Shown piece after piece: positions 28,374 to 37,609 of a stretch of 64,000 nucleotides of DNA (positions within the stretch are counted from its first letter, which is position 1; every line of letters begins with the position of its first letter). Origin of the DNA: Candidatus Microgenomatus sp. (GTDB taxonomy: Bacteria; Patescibacteriota; Microgenomatia; UBA8517); NCBI GenBank assembly GCA_020724555.1, contig DYGT01000007.1, forward strand, positions 15,258-79,257, written 5' to 3'. Below the pieces are notes generated by a model. The model did no database searches and was not told the DNA's origin. It was given only the letters and a program-made list of their open reading frames with translations. Both the position numbers and the translations under genes were made by a program.

Positions 28374-29290
28374 GTATTTTGCAGTCTTTACAAAAGGATT
28401 TATTATTTTTATCGATGCTTTGTTTTTTTATTGTGGTTACGACCACATTTTCGCTTGTGGAAAGTTTAAAGCCTATTGATCCCTATGATTTTTATTTTTA
28501 CGCTGGAGATGTTAGCGCAATGCCGGTTTTACAAGAAGGGAAAAATGTGCCAATCTTAACGGCGCAAGGTGTGATTGCCGTTGATTTGGATTCCGCAGTG
28601 ATCCTTTATGAAAAAAATCCGGATCTAAAACTCCTTCCTGCATCTACCACAAAGATGATGACGGCGCTTGTGGCTATGGAGTTATATAACTTAAACGATG
28701 TAGTTACGGTTACTAATGGAAAAGTGGCAGGGCAGAATATGAAATTGTATCCGGGAGAAAAGATATCGGTCTATAATTTATTACAAGGCCTTTTAATTTT
28801 TTCAGCAAACGACGCCGCCGAGGCCTTAGCCAACCACCACCCCTTGGGAAGAGCAGGTTTCGTGGAGGCCATGAATCAAAAGGCCAGAAGTTTGTCACTG
28901 ACTAATACTCATTTTGTTAACCCTTCTGGTTTGGAAGACACTGGTCACGTTTCTACAGCCCGGGATTTGCTGCGGCTCTCTGAAGTCTGTATGCGCAACC
29001 CTGTTTTTGCCGAAATAGTTGGTACTAAACAAACCGTGGTTTTCAATCAAGAAAATACCTACAAGCACTATCTGACAAATGTTAATGAGCTTTTGGGGAC
29101 AGTAGAGGGAGTTCGTGGAATAAAGACAGGCTGGACCGAAAATGCCCGCGAAAATTTGGTTACTTATGTTAACCGAGACGGTAAAAATATTATTATTGCT
29201 CTTTTGGGTAGCCAGGATAGATTTGAGGAAACTGAGAAACTCATAGATTGGATATTTGACAGCTATACTTGGGAAAAAATTGATTATTGA
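28370..29290 (+). CDS. D-alanyl-D-alanine carboxypeptidase (peptidase S11)
   Basis: STTK (SxxK), SAN (SxN), KTG; N-terminal TM. Confidence 0.9.
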   Translation: MSILQSLQKDLLFLSMLCFFIVVTTTFSLVESLKPIDPYDFYFYAGDVSAMPVLQEGKNVPILTAQGVIAVDLDSAVILYEKNPDLKLLPASTTKMMTALVAMELYNLNDVVTVTNGKVAGQNMKLYPGEKISVYNLLQGLLIFSANDAAEALANHHPLGRAGFVEAMNQKARSLSLTNTHFVNPSGLEDTGHVSTARDLLRLSEVCMRNPVFAEIVGTKQTVVFNQENTYKHYLTNVNELLGTVEGVRGIKTGWTENARENLVTYVNRDGKNIIIALLGSQDRFEETEKLIDWIFDSYTWEKIDY

Positions 29291-30372
29291 GTCGGTTGTG
29301 GCTCTTTTGTCGGGGGAGCAGGAACTTCATAATACTGGTCGGTAACAGCAGGGACGTATGCCAGAAAATTATCATCGCCTTTAAAAACAATAACTGGTTG
29401 GAAAAATTCTGAATTTATATCCGGATCGTAATATGCAAGGTAGATGTCTCGCACAATTACTGCCCCATCTTGATTAAGGCCTAGGCTGGCGATATAAGCG
29501 CGACCGGCCTTAAGGTCTTCCAAAGCTTGGGCAGCGGTTTTAATAGGATATGTATGGACTTTTTCCTCGTCTATGGGATAGTAATGAAACTCACCTGCGA
29601 TTATTTGCCCTGTACCGCTTATAATGAACCAAACATTGGCTTCGTTCGGATCTTTTGTGACAACGGGTATGGGATTGTCTTCACTGCCAAAATTTTTTCG
29701 GTATAGATTGACTTTGATTAGATCTGCCTCTGATAATGAGATTGCCTGAACCAGTTTTTGACTTTCGACTTTTAGAAATTCGTGAGGTGTGGGTCCAGTC
29801 AGGTCAGCTGGTAGCGAGTTGGCGTTTCTCAGTAAAGTATTTACCTGGTTTACAGCTGCTTCAGGATGAGGTGGGTTTTTTTGGATGGGACTTGGATCTG
29901 AAGCCAAGTCGTAGGCGATGGAAAAAGTTTCCCAGACAATATTCATTGTCAAGGACGAAGGATCCGTTGGGTGGTCAAACCGATATACTGTTTGGGAAAT
30001 TTCAATGGGGTCGCTTTTAAAGCCAAGGTTTCTTGCCCGTGATTTTGCAACATCTACTGAATTTAAAGTAGGCAAGGCTTTAGGCATAAAGTAAACAGGC
30101 AGAGACTCCGGAAATTCGGGAAGCGTGCCTGTCGGAGTTTCTACGGAAACCGAAAGTTGTGGCAGCGCTTGTGAATACTGCGGAAACTGAATAGCCGGTA
30201 ACACGTCAAAACCAACGGTCGGTGGTGGAGGGGGTGCAGGAAAAAAAGTGTTTTTTATTGAGCGTCCGCTGCTTATGGCAAAGCGAGCTACTAAAATAAA
30301 TATGATAAAATAGATACCCCATCGGATAGACTTTCTCGTTTTTATTGCGACGTCTGTGAGGGTGACAGCCAT
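29284..30372 (-). CDS. Membrane-anchored hypothetical protein
   Basis: 362-aa ORF, N-terminal TM, poly-Pro linker, QPV.VF.G motif. Confidence 0.75.
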   Translation of the reverse strand: MAVTLTDVAIKTRKSIRWGIYFIIFILVARFAISSGRSIKNTFFPAPPPPPTVGFDVLPAIQFPQYSQALPQLSVSVETPTGTLPEFPESLPVYFMPKALPTLNSVDVAKSRARNLGFKSDPIEISQTVYRFDHPTDPSSLTMNIVWETFSIAYDLASDPSPIQKNPPHPEAAVNQVNTLLRNANSLPADLTGPTPHEFLKVESQKLVQAISLSEADLIKVNLYRKNFGSEDNPIPVVTKDPNEANVWFIISGTGQIIAGEFHYYPIDEEKVHTYPIKTAAQALEDLKAGRAYIASLGLNQDGAVIVRDIYLAYYDPDINSEFFQPVIVFKGDDNFLAYVPAVTDQYYEVPAPPTKEPQPTQ

Positions 30373-30415
30373 AGTATGCTTTGAGTATATATTTTTAGGG
30401 TGTTAAAATTCAAAT

Positions 30416-31753
30416 ATGGTAAAAACAAGATTTGCCCCCTCTCCTACGGGATCTTTGCATATCGGAGGACTTAGGACTGCCCTATATTCATATGCGCTCG
30501 CCAAGTCACAGAAGGGAAAATTTGTCTTGCGCATTGAAGACACGGACAAAAAGCGGGAAGTGCCGGGAGCTGTTGACACGATTAAAAAGAATTTAAAGAT
30601 ATTTGGTTTAGATTGGGATGAATTTTATATTCAATCCGAGCGGGTGAATAGCGGGATATATCAGCAAGCCGCCGAAAAATTGGTCGCAGACGGCCACGCC
30701 TTTTATTGCCAGTGCGAGGCAAAAAATGCAAAAAAAGAAGGATTCAGTAAAATTCTACGCGATCCTTGTAGAGACAAAAATTTAATAAGTGGTGCCGTCA
30801 AGCTTAAAGTCCCGGACAATGAGACTGTGAGTTTTATCGATTATGTTTTAAACAAAAAAATTGTTTGGAATTCGTCGGAAGTGGCGGATACCACGCTTTT
30901 GAAATCTGACGGGTTTCCGACATACCACTTAGCTGTGGTCGTTGACGACAGTGATATGGGCATCACCCACGTTTTCCGGGGCCATGATTGGCTGCCAAGT
31001 ACACCCATCCATATCTTAGTTTATAAATACTTGGGGCTAAAAATGCCCGAGATTGGCCATTTAACAGACATCTTAGACCCAACAGGCAAAGGAAAATTGA
31101 GTAAAAGAAAAGGAAGCGTATCGGTTGAGGGGTTTTTAAGTGAAGGGTTTCTAAAAGAAGCAATACTCAATTTTATTATGCTTCTGGGTTGGGCACCAAA
31201 AGATAATCAGGAAATATTTACGTTAACTGAATTTGTCGAGAAATTTGGGAGGGTAGGGTTGCAAAAAAGTAACCCCATTTTTAATCGCGATAAGCTTTTG
31301 TGGCTCAATAGCCACTATATACAGTCAATCTCAAAAGAGGATCTGGCAAAAAGAATTTATGATTTTTATGACCATAGATATGGCCTTGGCTTAATTAAAC
31401 AAATTGTTCCTTTAATCAGTACCCGTATCCGGCTTTTGAGCGAATTTGACAAAATGGCGAAATTTTTTATTGAAGCGCCAAAAGTAGCAAAAACCGATTT
31501 TCCAACAAACGATTATCTTAAACATTTGTCTTGCGCATATGACACGCTTTTAAAAGTAGAAAAGTGGGAATTGGACAATATTAACTCAAGCTTAATGGAT
31601 ATGGTAGCTAAACAAGGTTTTAAAGTCGGAAAGTTTTTTATGGATTTAAGAATAGCTATAACCGGGTCCAAGGTAACACCCCCCATAAATGAATCCATAG
31701 TAATACTGGGAAAGAGTGAGACCCTAAGCCGCATAAAAAAATTGTTAAATTAA
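30416..31753 (+). CDS. gltX: Glutamate--tRNA ligase
   Basis: RFAPSPTG.LHIGG, RIEDTD, PTYHLAVVVDD, KLSKR. Confidence 0.96.
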   Translation: MVKTRFAPSPTGSLHIGGLRTALYSYALAKSQKGKFVLRIEDTDKKREVPGAVDTIKKNLKIFGLDWDEFYIQSERVNSGIYQQAAEKLVADGHAFYCQCEAKNAKKEGFSKILRDPCRDKNLISGAVKLKVPDNETVSFIDYVLNKKIVWNSSEVADTTLLKSDGFPTYHLAVVVDDSDMGITHVFRGHDWLPSTPIHILVYKYLGLKMPEIGHLTDILDPTGKGKLSKRKGSVSVEGFLSEGFLKEAILNFIMLLGWAPKDNQEIFTLTEFVEKFGRVGLQKSNPIFNRDKLLWLNSHYIQSISKEDLAKRIYDFYDHRYGLGLIKQIVPLISTRIRLLSEFDKMAKFFIEAPKVAKTDFPTNDYLKHLSCAYDTLLKVEKWELDNINSSLMDMVAKQGFKVGKFFMDLRIAITGSKVTPPINESIVILGKSETLSRIKKLLN

Positions 31754-32709
31754 TGACACCTGCCCGTAAAAAATTTAAATCTTATGAAGATTTAAGGACG
31801 CAGCTTAAACTTAAAACTTTGGATACTCAAAAAAGTTTTAAGGAAAAATATCATTTGGCTGACGAATTTTTGCGCAGTAAACAGTTAGATTTGGGCAAAA
31901 TCAGGGATCACTCAGCTAAGCTTTTGGGCACAGGTGCCTTAACCGGGACGCTTCTTCTTTCCGCGCCTTCGGATATAAAAAGTCCGGAGCTAAAGGCATT
32001 AATTCAAACAGCCGCTAAAGACAGCGAAACAGGCATTAAAATCCCGGGCCTTTATATAAAAGAGGTTTTGGAGTCTTTGCCCATTTCCACACGCCCCTTA
32101 AGCTACAACGAAGAAAAATATTTGGAACAAGTGTTTAGCGACGTCTATGGTATAAAAGCAAAAGCGACCTTGGAGGGGGAGCATTTAAATACGACCTATG
32201 GCATGATTGGCGTCGAGCAACACCTGAAGCGTTTTCCCGGAGATTCGCTTTCCCAGCATGCACCAAGGAGGGGTGAATATGGCGAAAAAAACCCTGCAGA
32301 AATTTTAAAAGAAGGCATAGCGCCGGGCTTGGGAGCATGGGGTTATTTTGCCCCGTCTCAATCTGAACTGACGGATGAATTGGTAGAAACCGAACGTTGG
32401 TATGCGGTTGTGCAGACTTTATATCTTCCGGACTGGGGTAGGCGGCAGCCGTACCTTCGCGATTGGTATAAATTTCGAAAAGTATTAATAATAAATAAAG
32501 ACAATGGTCGCGCTGTCGTGGCCTCTATCGCAGACGCCGGTCCTGCCGCTTGGACAGGAAAACATTATGGAGGAAGCCCTGAGGTGATGGATTACCTTGG
32601 TGGGCCACGATATAAAAAGGGGCCTGTAATTGTGATGTTTGTCGATGACCCGGATAATACTGTACCTTTGGGCCCGGTTGGGTATAATAAGGAAGAGTTA
32701 ATTATATGA
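31753..32709 (+). CDS. Hypothetical protein with possible C-terminal DPBB/RlpA-like domain
   Basis: 318-aa ORF coupled to gltX; NGRAVVASIADAGP resembles RlpA-like D.GP motif. Confidence 0.65.
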   Translation: MTPARKKFKSYEDLRTQLKLKTLDTQKSFKEKYHLADEFLRSKQLDLGKIRDHSAKLLGTGALTGTLLLSAPSDIKSPELKALIQTAAKDSETGIKIPGLYIKEVLESLPISTRPLSYNEEKYLEQVFSDVYGIKAKATLEGEHLNTTYGMIGVEQHLKRFPGDSLSQHAPRRGEYGEKNPAEILKEGIAPGLGAWGYFAPSQSELTDELVETERWYAVVQTLYLPDWGRRQPYLRDWYKFRKVLIINKDNGRAVVASIADAGPAAWTGKHYGGSPEVMDYLGGPRYKKGPVIVMFVDDPDNTVPLGPVGYNKEELII

Positions 32710-33044
32710 GCAAAATTTTTTATGATCATTTAATCGATTTTAGTGAGGTAGAAAAAAAAGTTAAAAAAATTGCTAAAACCCCCGAGGAGCGCGAAGAAAT
32801 ATACCGCCTTATAGATGAAATTATCCATCACCGTGTGATTGGCTGTATTTTAAACGAATTGCCGGAGAAAAATCATAAAGAATTTTTACAGGAATTTTCC
32901 CTGCGTCCCTACGACGAAGGGCTTTTTTCTTACCTGGGCCAACATATAGGCCGCGATATAGGAGAATTTATAAAACAAGAGGTTCATATGCTCACGGTTG
33001 AGCTTCTAAGTTACATCGAAGAGCGCACGCGTCCAGCTTCTTAA
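32706..33044 (+). CDS. Hypothetical protein
   Basis: 112-aa ORF, ATGA-overlap with previous gene. Confidence 0.7.
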   Translation: MSKIFYDHLIDFSEVEKKVKKIAKTPEEREEIYRLIDEIIHHRVIGCILNELPEKNHKEFLQEFSLRPYDEGLFSYLGQHIGRDIGEFIKQEVHMLTVELLSYIEERTRPAS

Positions 33045-33114
33045 TTTCTTCCCTTTTTCTTACCTGTTTCTACATCGGATTTAACAAAAAATAAATAGTG
33101 TAAATAATGAGCAG

Positions 33115-33234
33115 ATTTCTATTAGGGTACACGCGAAACAACTCTTAATTGGCAGGTCTGGCGTTTAGCCAAGAAGGCCGACGGCACAAACAACCGTTAA
33201 ACCTAAAGACTGTTTGGCACTACCCTAAAGAAAT
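33115..33234 (+). ncRNA. Candidate structured RNA / cis-regulatory leader
   Basis: Outer stem ATTTCT-A-TTAGGGTA / TACCCTAA-AGAAAT, nested AAACA/TGTTT, AGGT/ACCT and two hairpins; promoter-like TTAACA..AATAAT upstream; SD GGGGGGTGA downstream. Confidence 0.5.
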
Positions 33235-33275
33235 TTTAAAAGGGGGGTGAAAAATATATAAATTTGCGATATAAA

Positions 33276-33347
33276 ATGGGATTTTTAATACGTAAAATTA
33301 ATATCTTATCTATGTTTTTTTTGGTGTTTAAAGCTCCTGTAGAATAG
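33276..33347 (+). CDS. Possible small hydrophobic peptide
   Basis: MGFLIRKINILSMFFLVFKAPVE (in-frame TTG at 33264) downstream of strong SD at 33242-33250. Confidence 0.3.
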   Translation: MGFLIRKINILSMFFLVFKAPVE

Positions 33348-33354
33348 AATCCTT

Positions 33355-34041
33355 CTAATTTTTTTCTTCACTTTCTTTTAGGGTGTAGCCAAATCCACGG
33401 ATGGAATGAATTAACTTGTTTTTGTGCCCTTTGTCAATTTTTTTTCTGAGATAACCTATATATACGTCTACCACTCTGGATTGAATGTCTGGTGAATAGA
33501 GCCAGATGCGGTTTAAGATCATTTCGCGAGTTAAAACCTGATTTGAGTTGCGCATCAAATACTCTAAAAGTTTATATTCCTGAGGAGTTAGGGTAATATT
33601 TTTGTCTCCCCTTTTTACGCTAAAAGTTTTGCTATTTAACACGAGATCTCCTACAGTAATTACGTCGTCATCTTTCCCTTTATTTCTTAATCGTGCTTTA
33701 ACACGGGCTAAAAGTTCCTGCTCTTCAAAGGGCTTAGTAATGTAATCGTCTGCCCCCAAATTTAAGCCTTTAACTACATCGGTTGGAGTGTCTTTTGCGG
33801 TAAGCATAATAACAGCAGTTTGGGTGTATTCTTTGTTTATGGTGCGGCAAACAGACTCGCCGGAAATATCAGGAAGTTTAAGGTCTAATATAACCAGATC
33901 GGGTGGAGTTTTATCGAGTTTTTCAAGGGCCGTGGTACCATCTGGGGCGGTTGTTACACTGTAACCTTCTGAAGTGAGTAGTTCACGTAAATATTCACGG
34001 ATTCCACGGTCATCTTCGACTATTAGTATGGCTTGATTCAT
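33355..34041 (-). CDS. OmpR/PhoB family response regulator
   Basis: IVEDD, LDLKLP, GADDYITKPF, VDVYIGYLRKKI, IRGFGY. Confidence 0.93.
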   Translation of the reverse strand: MNQAILIVEDDRGIREYLRELLTSEGYSVTTAPDGTTALEKLDKTPPDLVILDLKLPDISGESVCRTINKEYTQTAVIMLTAKDTPTDVVKGLNLGADDYITKPFEEQELLARVKARLRNKGKDDDVITVGDLVLNSKTFSVKRGDKNITLTPQEYKLLEYLMRNSNQVLTREMILNRIWLYSPDIQSRVVDVYIGYLRKKIDKGHKNKLIHSIRGFGYTLKESEEKN

Positions 34042-34121
34042 AAGGCATTATAGTTTGTAAAAATTAAATAGACAAGGCAAGTTTGCCTGGATACTTAGGC
34101 TAAAAGTGAGTAAAATAAATT

Positions 34122-35600
34122 ATGCGAGTGGATGCCCAACTTGTTAAAAGCCAAAAAAAAGCTTCGGAGATGGCGTTATCAGCGGGAAACATTGGAATAT
34201 GGGAATGGAATATTGAAACGGATAAAATCACATGGTCCCCCGAGCTTGAACGTATTCATGGGTTAAAAAAGGGTGAGTTTGGAGGTAGTTTCAAAGATTA
34301 TTTTAAAAATGTACATCCTGGCGATAGCAATAAACTTAAAAAATTTATTAATGATGCGCTCAAAAAGAAAAATAAATATCATGTTCAATACCGCGTTATT
34401 ATCCCGAACGGGCAAATCCGTTGGCTTGAAGCTCACGGTCAGATAATAACAAAAAAAGGCAAAGCACTTGGGATGGTTGGTGTGTGCTTCGACATTTCCG
34501 CACAAAAAAAGATAGAAGAAGATATTATGCAAACCACACGTCAGCTGAAAGCTGTTTTTCAAAGCGTTCCTGAAGGTATAACAGTTGAAAACCAGAAAGG
34601 AGAGATAATTTATGCAAACGAAGCGGTTGCTCAGCTTTTTGGCGCTCCCAGCCTATCGGCCGTGGTTTCACAAAATATTAAAAGTCTTTTTAAAAATTAC
34701 AACATTTTTAACGAGAAAAATGAAAAAGTGCCATTGGATATGATGCCTGCGGCGATAGTTTTCAAAACTAAGCGCGACCACAAAGCCAGATACTTATTTA
34801 TTCATAAAAAAACAAAAGAGCAAATGTGGATCGACATTACTGCTACTCCGGTGATAAAAGGAGAAGACAGCGTTGGCTTGGTTGTCAAAGTATTTCAGGA
34901 TATCACTCAGGTGGTGGAAGACCAGAGGCAAAGGGAAATTTATTTAGGTTTAGTTGGCCACGAGCTTAAAAACCCTCTGGCAAGCATTAAAGCATACGTT
35001 GGTTTGCTGAAGCTTAGGCTCGAAAAAAAGGAATACGACAAATTGTCCGAAAATATGGATAGTATTAACGAACAAGCTGAAAGGTTGATTCATCTGATTG
35101 GCGACATGATGGACGTGACCCGTATACAAGCGGGGAAGCTGGAGCTTCATAAAACAAAGACAGATTTAAACTCCTATGTACGAAAAGTTGTTTCGGATAT
35201 AAAAGTAGCAAACAATAGCCATAAAATATCTACCCGTATTCCTAAAAAGATTATTTATGCCAAAGTAGATAAGCAAAGATTGACACAGGTTATTACAAAT
35301 TTAATAAATAACGCCCAAAAATATTCACCGCCAAACAGTAATATTTACGTATCCTTGACAAAAAATAAGGATGGTGTTTGTCTAAATGTGCGTGATTGTG
35401 GATATGGGGTCCCTAAAAATCAGTGGCGGCAAATTTTCCAGCTATATAGCCAAATAGGCAGCAAAAAAGATTTAAGAACAAAAGGCTTGGGTATGGGGTT
35501 ATTTATTTCCCGTGCCATAATAAAAGCACACGGCGGTAAAATAATCCTTAAAAGCAAAGTAAACAAGGGTTCTACTTTTACAATTTGTTTACCGGTTTAA
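34122..35600 (+). CDS. Cytoplasmic PAS-PAS sensor histidine kinase
   Basis: GIWEW..PAS_3 (VHPGD), second PAS, HELKNPL, NLINNAQKYS, GLGMGL; no TM. Confidence 0.92.
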   Translation: MRVDAQLVKSQKKASEMALSAGNIGIWEWNIETDKITWSPELERIHGLKKGEFGGSFKDYFKNVHPGDSNKLKKFINDALKKKNKYHVQYRVIIPNGQIRWLEAHGQIITKKGKALGMVGVCFDISAQKKIEEDIMQTTRQLKAVFQSVPEGITVENQKGEIIYANEAVAQLFGAPSLSAVVSQNIKSLFKNYNIFNEKNEKVPLDMMPAAIVFKTKRDHKARYLFIHKKTKEQMWIDITATPVIKGEDSVGLVVKVFQDITQVVEDQRQREIYLGLVGHELKNPLASIKAYVGLLKLRLEKKEYDKLSENMDSINEQAERLIHLIGDMMDVTRIQAGKLELHKTKTDLNSYVRKVVSDIKVANNSHKISTRIPKKIIYAKVDKQRLTQVITNLINNAQKYSPPNSNIYVSLTKNKDGVCLNVRDCGYGVPKNQWRQIFQLYSQIGSKKDLRTKGLGMGLFISRAIIKAHGGKIILKSKVNKGSTFTICLPV

Positions 35601-35619
35601 TTCTTACTACATTCTTACT
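35601..35619 (+). promoter_or_regulatory. 11-bp-period direct repeat, candidate OmpR-family site
   Basis: TTCTTACT-ACA-TTCTTACT upstream of the single-domain receiver gene. Confidence 0.4.
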
Positions 35620-35759
35620 CTAATTCAGATATCTTGTTATTATAAATAAATAAGAATAATAGGAAAGCGTTTTTAAGCACTTTCCTTTGTGTCAAAGGAG
35701 AACCCTTTTTATTTATATGAATAACACACTTAAAAAAGTAGTAAAAAACAATTTTGAAT

Positions 35760-36119
35760 ATGAAAAAACATGTATTAGTTGTAGATGACGATACGGCAAT
35801 TTTGGATGCTATAAGTCAAACTTTAGAAGAAAAAGGTTATAAAGTAACCGGATTTTCTCGGGGGCATTTATTTTTACAATTTTTAGAAAGCAATGGGGCC
35901 GATTTAATTATTTTAGATATGTTTCTTCGTGGTATGGACGGACGGGAAATAACTAAGTTAATAAAGAAAGACAAAAACAAAAAAAATATTCCTGTCCTTA
36001 TGATATCGGCACAATCAGGCGAAGTTGGCTCCATAGCTGAAAGTGGGGTAGATGCATTTTTACCCAAACCTTTTGACACACTTGAACTTTTACAGGAAGT
36101 AGAAAGACTTGCTGTATAA
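35760..36119 (+). CDS. Single-domain response regulator (receiver only)
   Basis: VLVVDDD, ILDMFL, MDG, KPFD. Confidence 0.9.
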   Translation: MKKHVLVVDDDTAILDAISQTLEEKGYKVTGFSRGHLFLQFLESNGADLIILDMFLRGMDGREITKLIKKDKNKKNIPVLMISAQSGEVGSIAESGVDAFLPKPFDTLELLQEVERLAV

Positions 36120-36127
36120 TTTATTTT

Positions 36128-36460
36128 ATGGATCAGAATTTTGGTGGGGTAATTTGGACTAACCATGCCCTCCAAAGACTTAAGGAGCGGGGTATAAAGC
36201 AAGGGGATGCATGGGCAACTTTTAACCGTCCGGACCAATCACGCTATGCTAAATCCAAAGGCGCATGGGTTTACTACAAAACTTATGGCACAGAAAAAAT
36301 AGAGGTGGTTGCCAAAAAAAACGAGCAAAATAAATGGGTAATTTTAACTGTCTGGTCCCGGCCTGTTTATGACCAACACACTTACCAAAAGGATTATAAA
36401 AATTCAGCCAGAGGCGGGTTTGCGATAAATCTGCTTAAAAAAATATTTAAAGTGCAATGA
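36128..36460 (+). CDS. DUF4258-like protein
   Basis: IWTNHALQRLKERGI...VILTVW. Confidence 0.65.
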   Translation: MDQNFGGVIWTNHALQRLKERGIKQGDAWATFNRPDQSRYAKSKGAWVYYKTYGTEKIEVVAKKNEQNKWVILTVWSRPVYDQHTYQKDYKNSARGGFAINLLKKIFKVQ

Positions 36461-36789
36461 AGTGGTTTTTACTTACAGCGTTAGCTTTTGCTTTTTATCT
36501 GGTGCTTGTGCCTCACATAAATAGCCTAACCGACCCGTGTTTGCTTGATTATCAGCCATTGGCGTGCGACGCAGGAGGGATAATGGACCGTTTTTTGTTT
36601 TTAGAAGTGATTGGATTTTTTGTTTTTGGTATTTTTTCCTATATCCTTTTCAGGACTAACAAAATTGAACTTAAGGTTTTTTTTACCCTTCTTTTAGTTT
36701 TTGCGGCACTTATGATTGGCAATTATTACCGCTATATCCCCATGTTTTTTTCTCAGACTCAAAAAATTAATATTACCTTTTTAGAGTAA
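36457..36789 (+). CDS. Small membrane protein
   Basis: Three hydrophobic segments, ATGA overlap with upstream gene. Confidence 0.65.
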   Translation: MKWFLLTALAFAFYLVLVPHINSLTDPCLLDYQPLACDAGGIMDRFLFLEVIGFFVFGIFSYILFRTNKIELKVFFTLLLVFAALMIGNYYRYIPMFFSQTQKINITFLE

Positions 36790-36826
36790 TTATCCCTTTT
36801 GTGTTAAAATTGAGCCTGCAAGAGGA

Positions 36827-36913
36827 ATATTGCCCGGTTGGTGTTCCGAGCTTCCGACCTAAAGTCGAGAACTCGTGAATGCTCGATTGCGAAGCAGATC
36901 GGCATAATGGTAG
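36827..36913 (+). repeat. Degenerate tRNA-Gln 5'-end copy interrupted by two hairpins
   Basis: ATATTGCCCGGT(T)GGTGT - about 60 nt of hairpins - AATGGTAG matches the tRNA start at 37255-37279. Confidence 0.7.
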
Positions 36914-36920
36914 TAAAAAA

Positions 36921-37196
36921 ATGGCATTTTGTTATGTAATCAAATGTTCAGATAAAAGTTACTATGTAGGATCAACTAAAGATATTGTCGGTCGTTTTAA
37001 AAATCACAAGCTTGGTAAAGTAAGATATACAAAGTCCAGAAGTCCTTTGAAATTAATTTTTGTAAAAGAGTTTGAGACATATAGTGAGGCTTATAATTTC
37101 GAACAAAGAGTAAAATCATGGAAAAAGAGGAAATCTATAGAGAATATGCTTAATAAGTCTGATAATGTAGTATCCAAATATTGCCCGGTGGTGTAA
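36921..37196 (+). CDS. GIY-YIG nuclease (short, UPF0213-like)
   Basis: CYVIKC..YYVGST...RF..H....YTK...LKL....E...EA..E..VKSWK; stop codon lies inside the tRNA-like repeat. Confidence 0.88.
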   Translation: MAFCYVIKCSDKSYYVGSTKDIVGRFKNHKLGKVRYTKSRSPLKLIFVKEFETYSEAYNFEQRVKSWKKRKSIENMLNKSDNVVSKYCPVV

Positions 37197-37201
37197 TGGT
37201 A
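37178..37201 (+). repeat. Exact 24-nt copy of tRNA-Gln 5' end and flank
   Basis: ATATTGCCCGGTGGTGTAATGGTA identical to 37255-37278. Confidence 0.95.
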
Positions 37202-37203
37202 AG

Positions 37204-37237
37204 CAAAGCTTGGCCTTCGGCTAAAGCAAAGCTTGGC
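37204..37237. repeat. 34-bp dispersed palindromic repeat (copy 1)
   Basis: CAAAGCTTGGCCTTCGGCTAAAGCAAAGCTTGGC identical to 52430-52463. Confidence 0.95.
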
Positions 37238-37258
37238 CATTACACCCTATTACTATAT

Positions 37259-37332
37259 TGCCCGGTGGTGTAATGGTAGCACGTCGCGCTCTGGACGCGG
37301 AAATTGGGGTTCAAATCCCTGCCGGGCAGCCA
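37259..37332 (+). tRNA. tRNA-Gln(CTG), CCA encoded
   Basis: TGCCCGG/CCGGGCA-G-CCA; anticodon arm TCGCG-CTCTGGA-CGCGG; T arm GGGG-TTCAAAT-CCCT. Confidence 0.95.
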
Positions 37333-37609
37333 AGACGGGCACCCCCTCAAGATCGAGGTCTCTATTCGGCTTGAGGAGGCTTGCCGAAACGCTCATTTTT
37401 CTTCAAATCATTCGAACCGTAAAAATAGCTTCAACGCTTCTATATTAAAGCTCTGGTTCGAGTAAAACCAAATCAGCTAGGGTAATTTGGAATAAACACA
37501 TTTATTTTAAAGAACTATTTGATTTCTCGGAAGTCAAGAAGATATAGATATTCATTATTTCCTCTTTAGTTGAATATCGCGTAATACTGTTATACAATTG
37601 TATAACAGT

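Noticed and set aside
33150-33180. SRP RNA (CAGGTC...AAG)
   Set aside because: Lacks the GGAA tetraloop and AGCAG of helix 8
36827-37280. CRISPR array or group I intron-split tRNA
   Set aside because: Only three irregularly spaced repeats derived from a tRNA, no cas genes; no recognisable P7 core, and the downstream tRNA is already complete
37233-37448. 71-aa ORF
   Set aside because: Overlaps tRNA-Gln; shadow ORF
37333-37500. Possible eroded serine-recombinase 3' end abutting the tRNA (minus strand LLEP.. / GSN fragments)
   Set aside because: Only 3-4 residue matches across stops and frames; cannot be supported without a profile search
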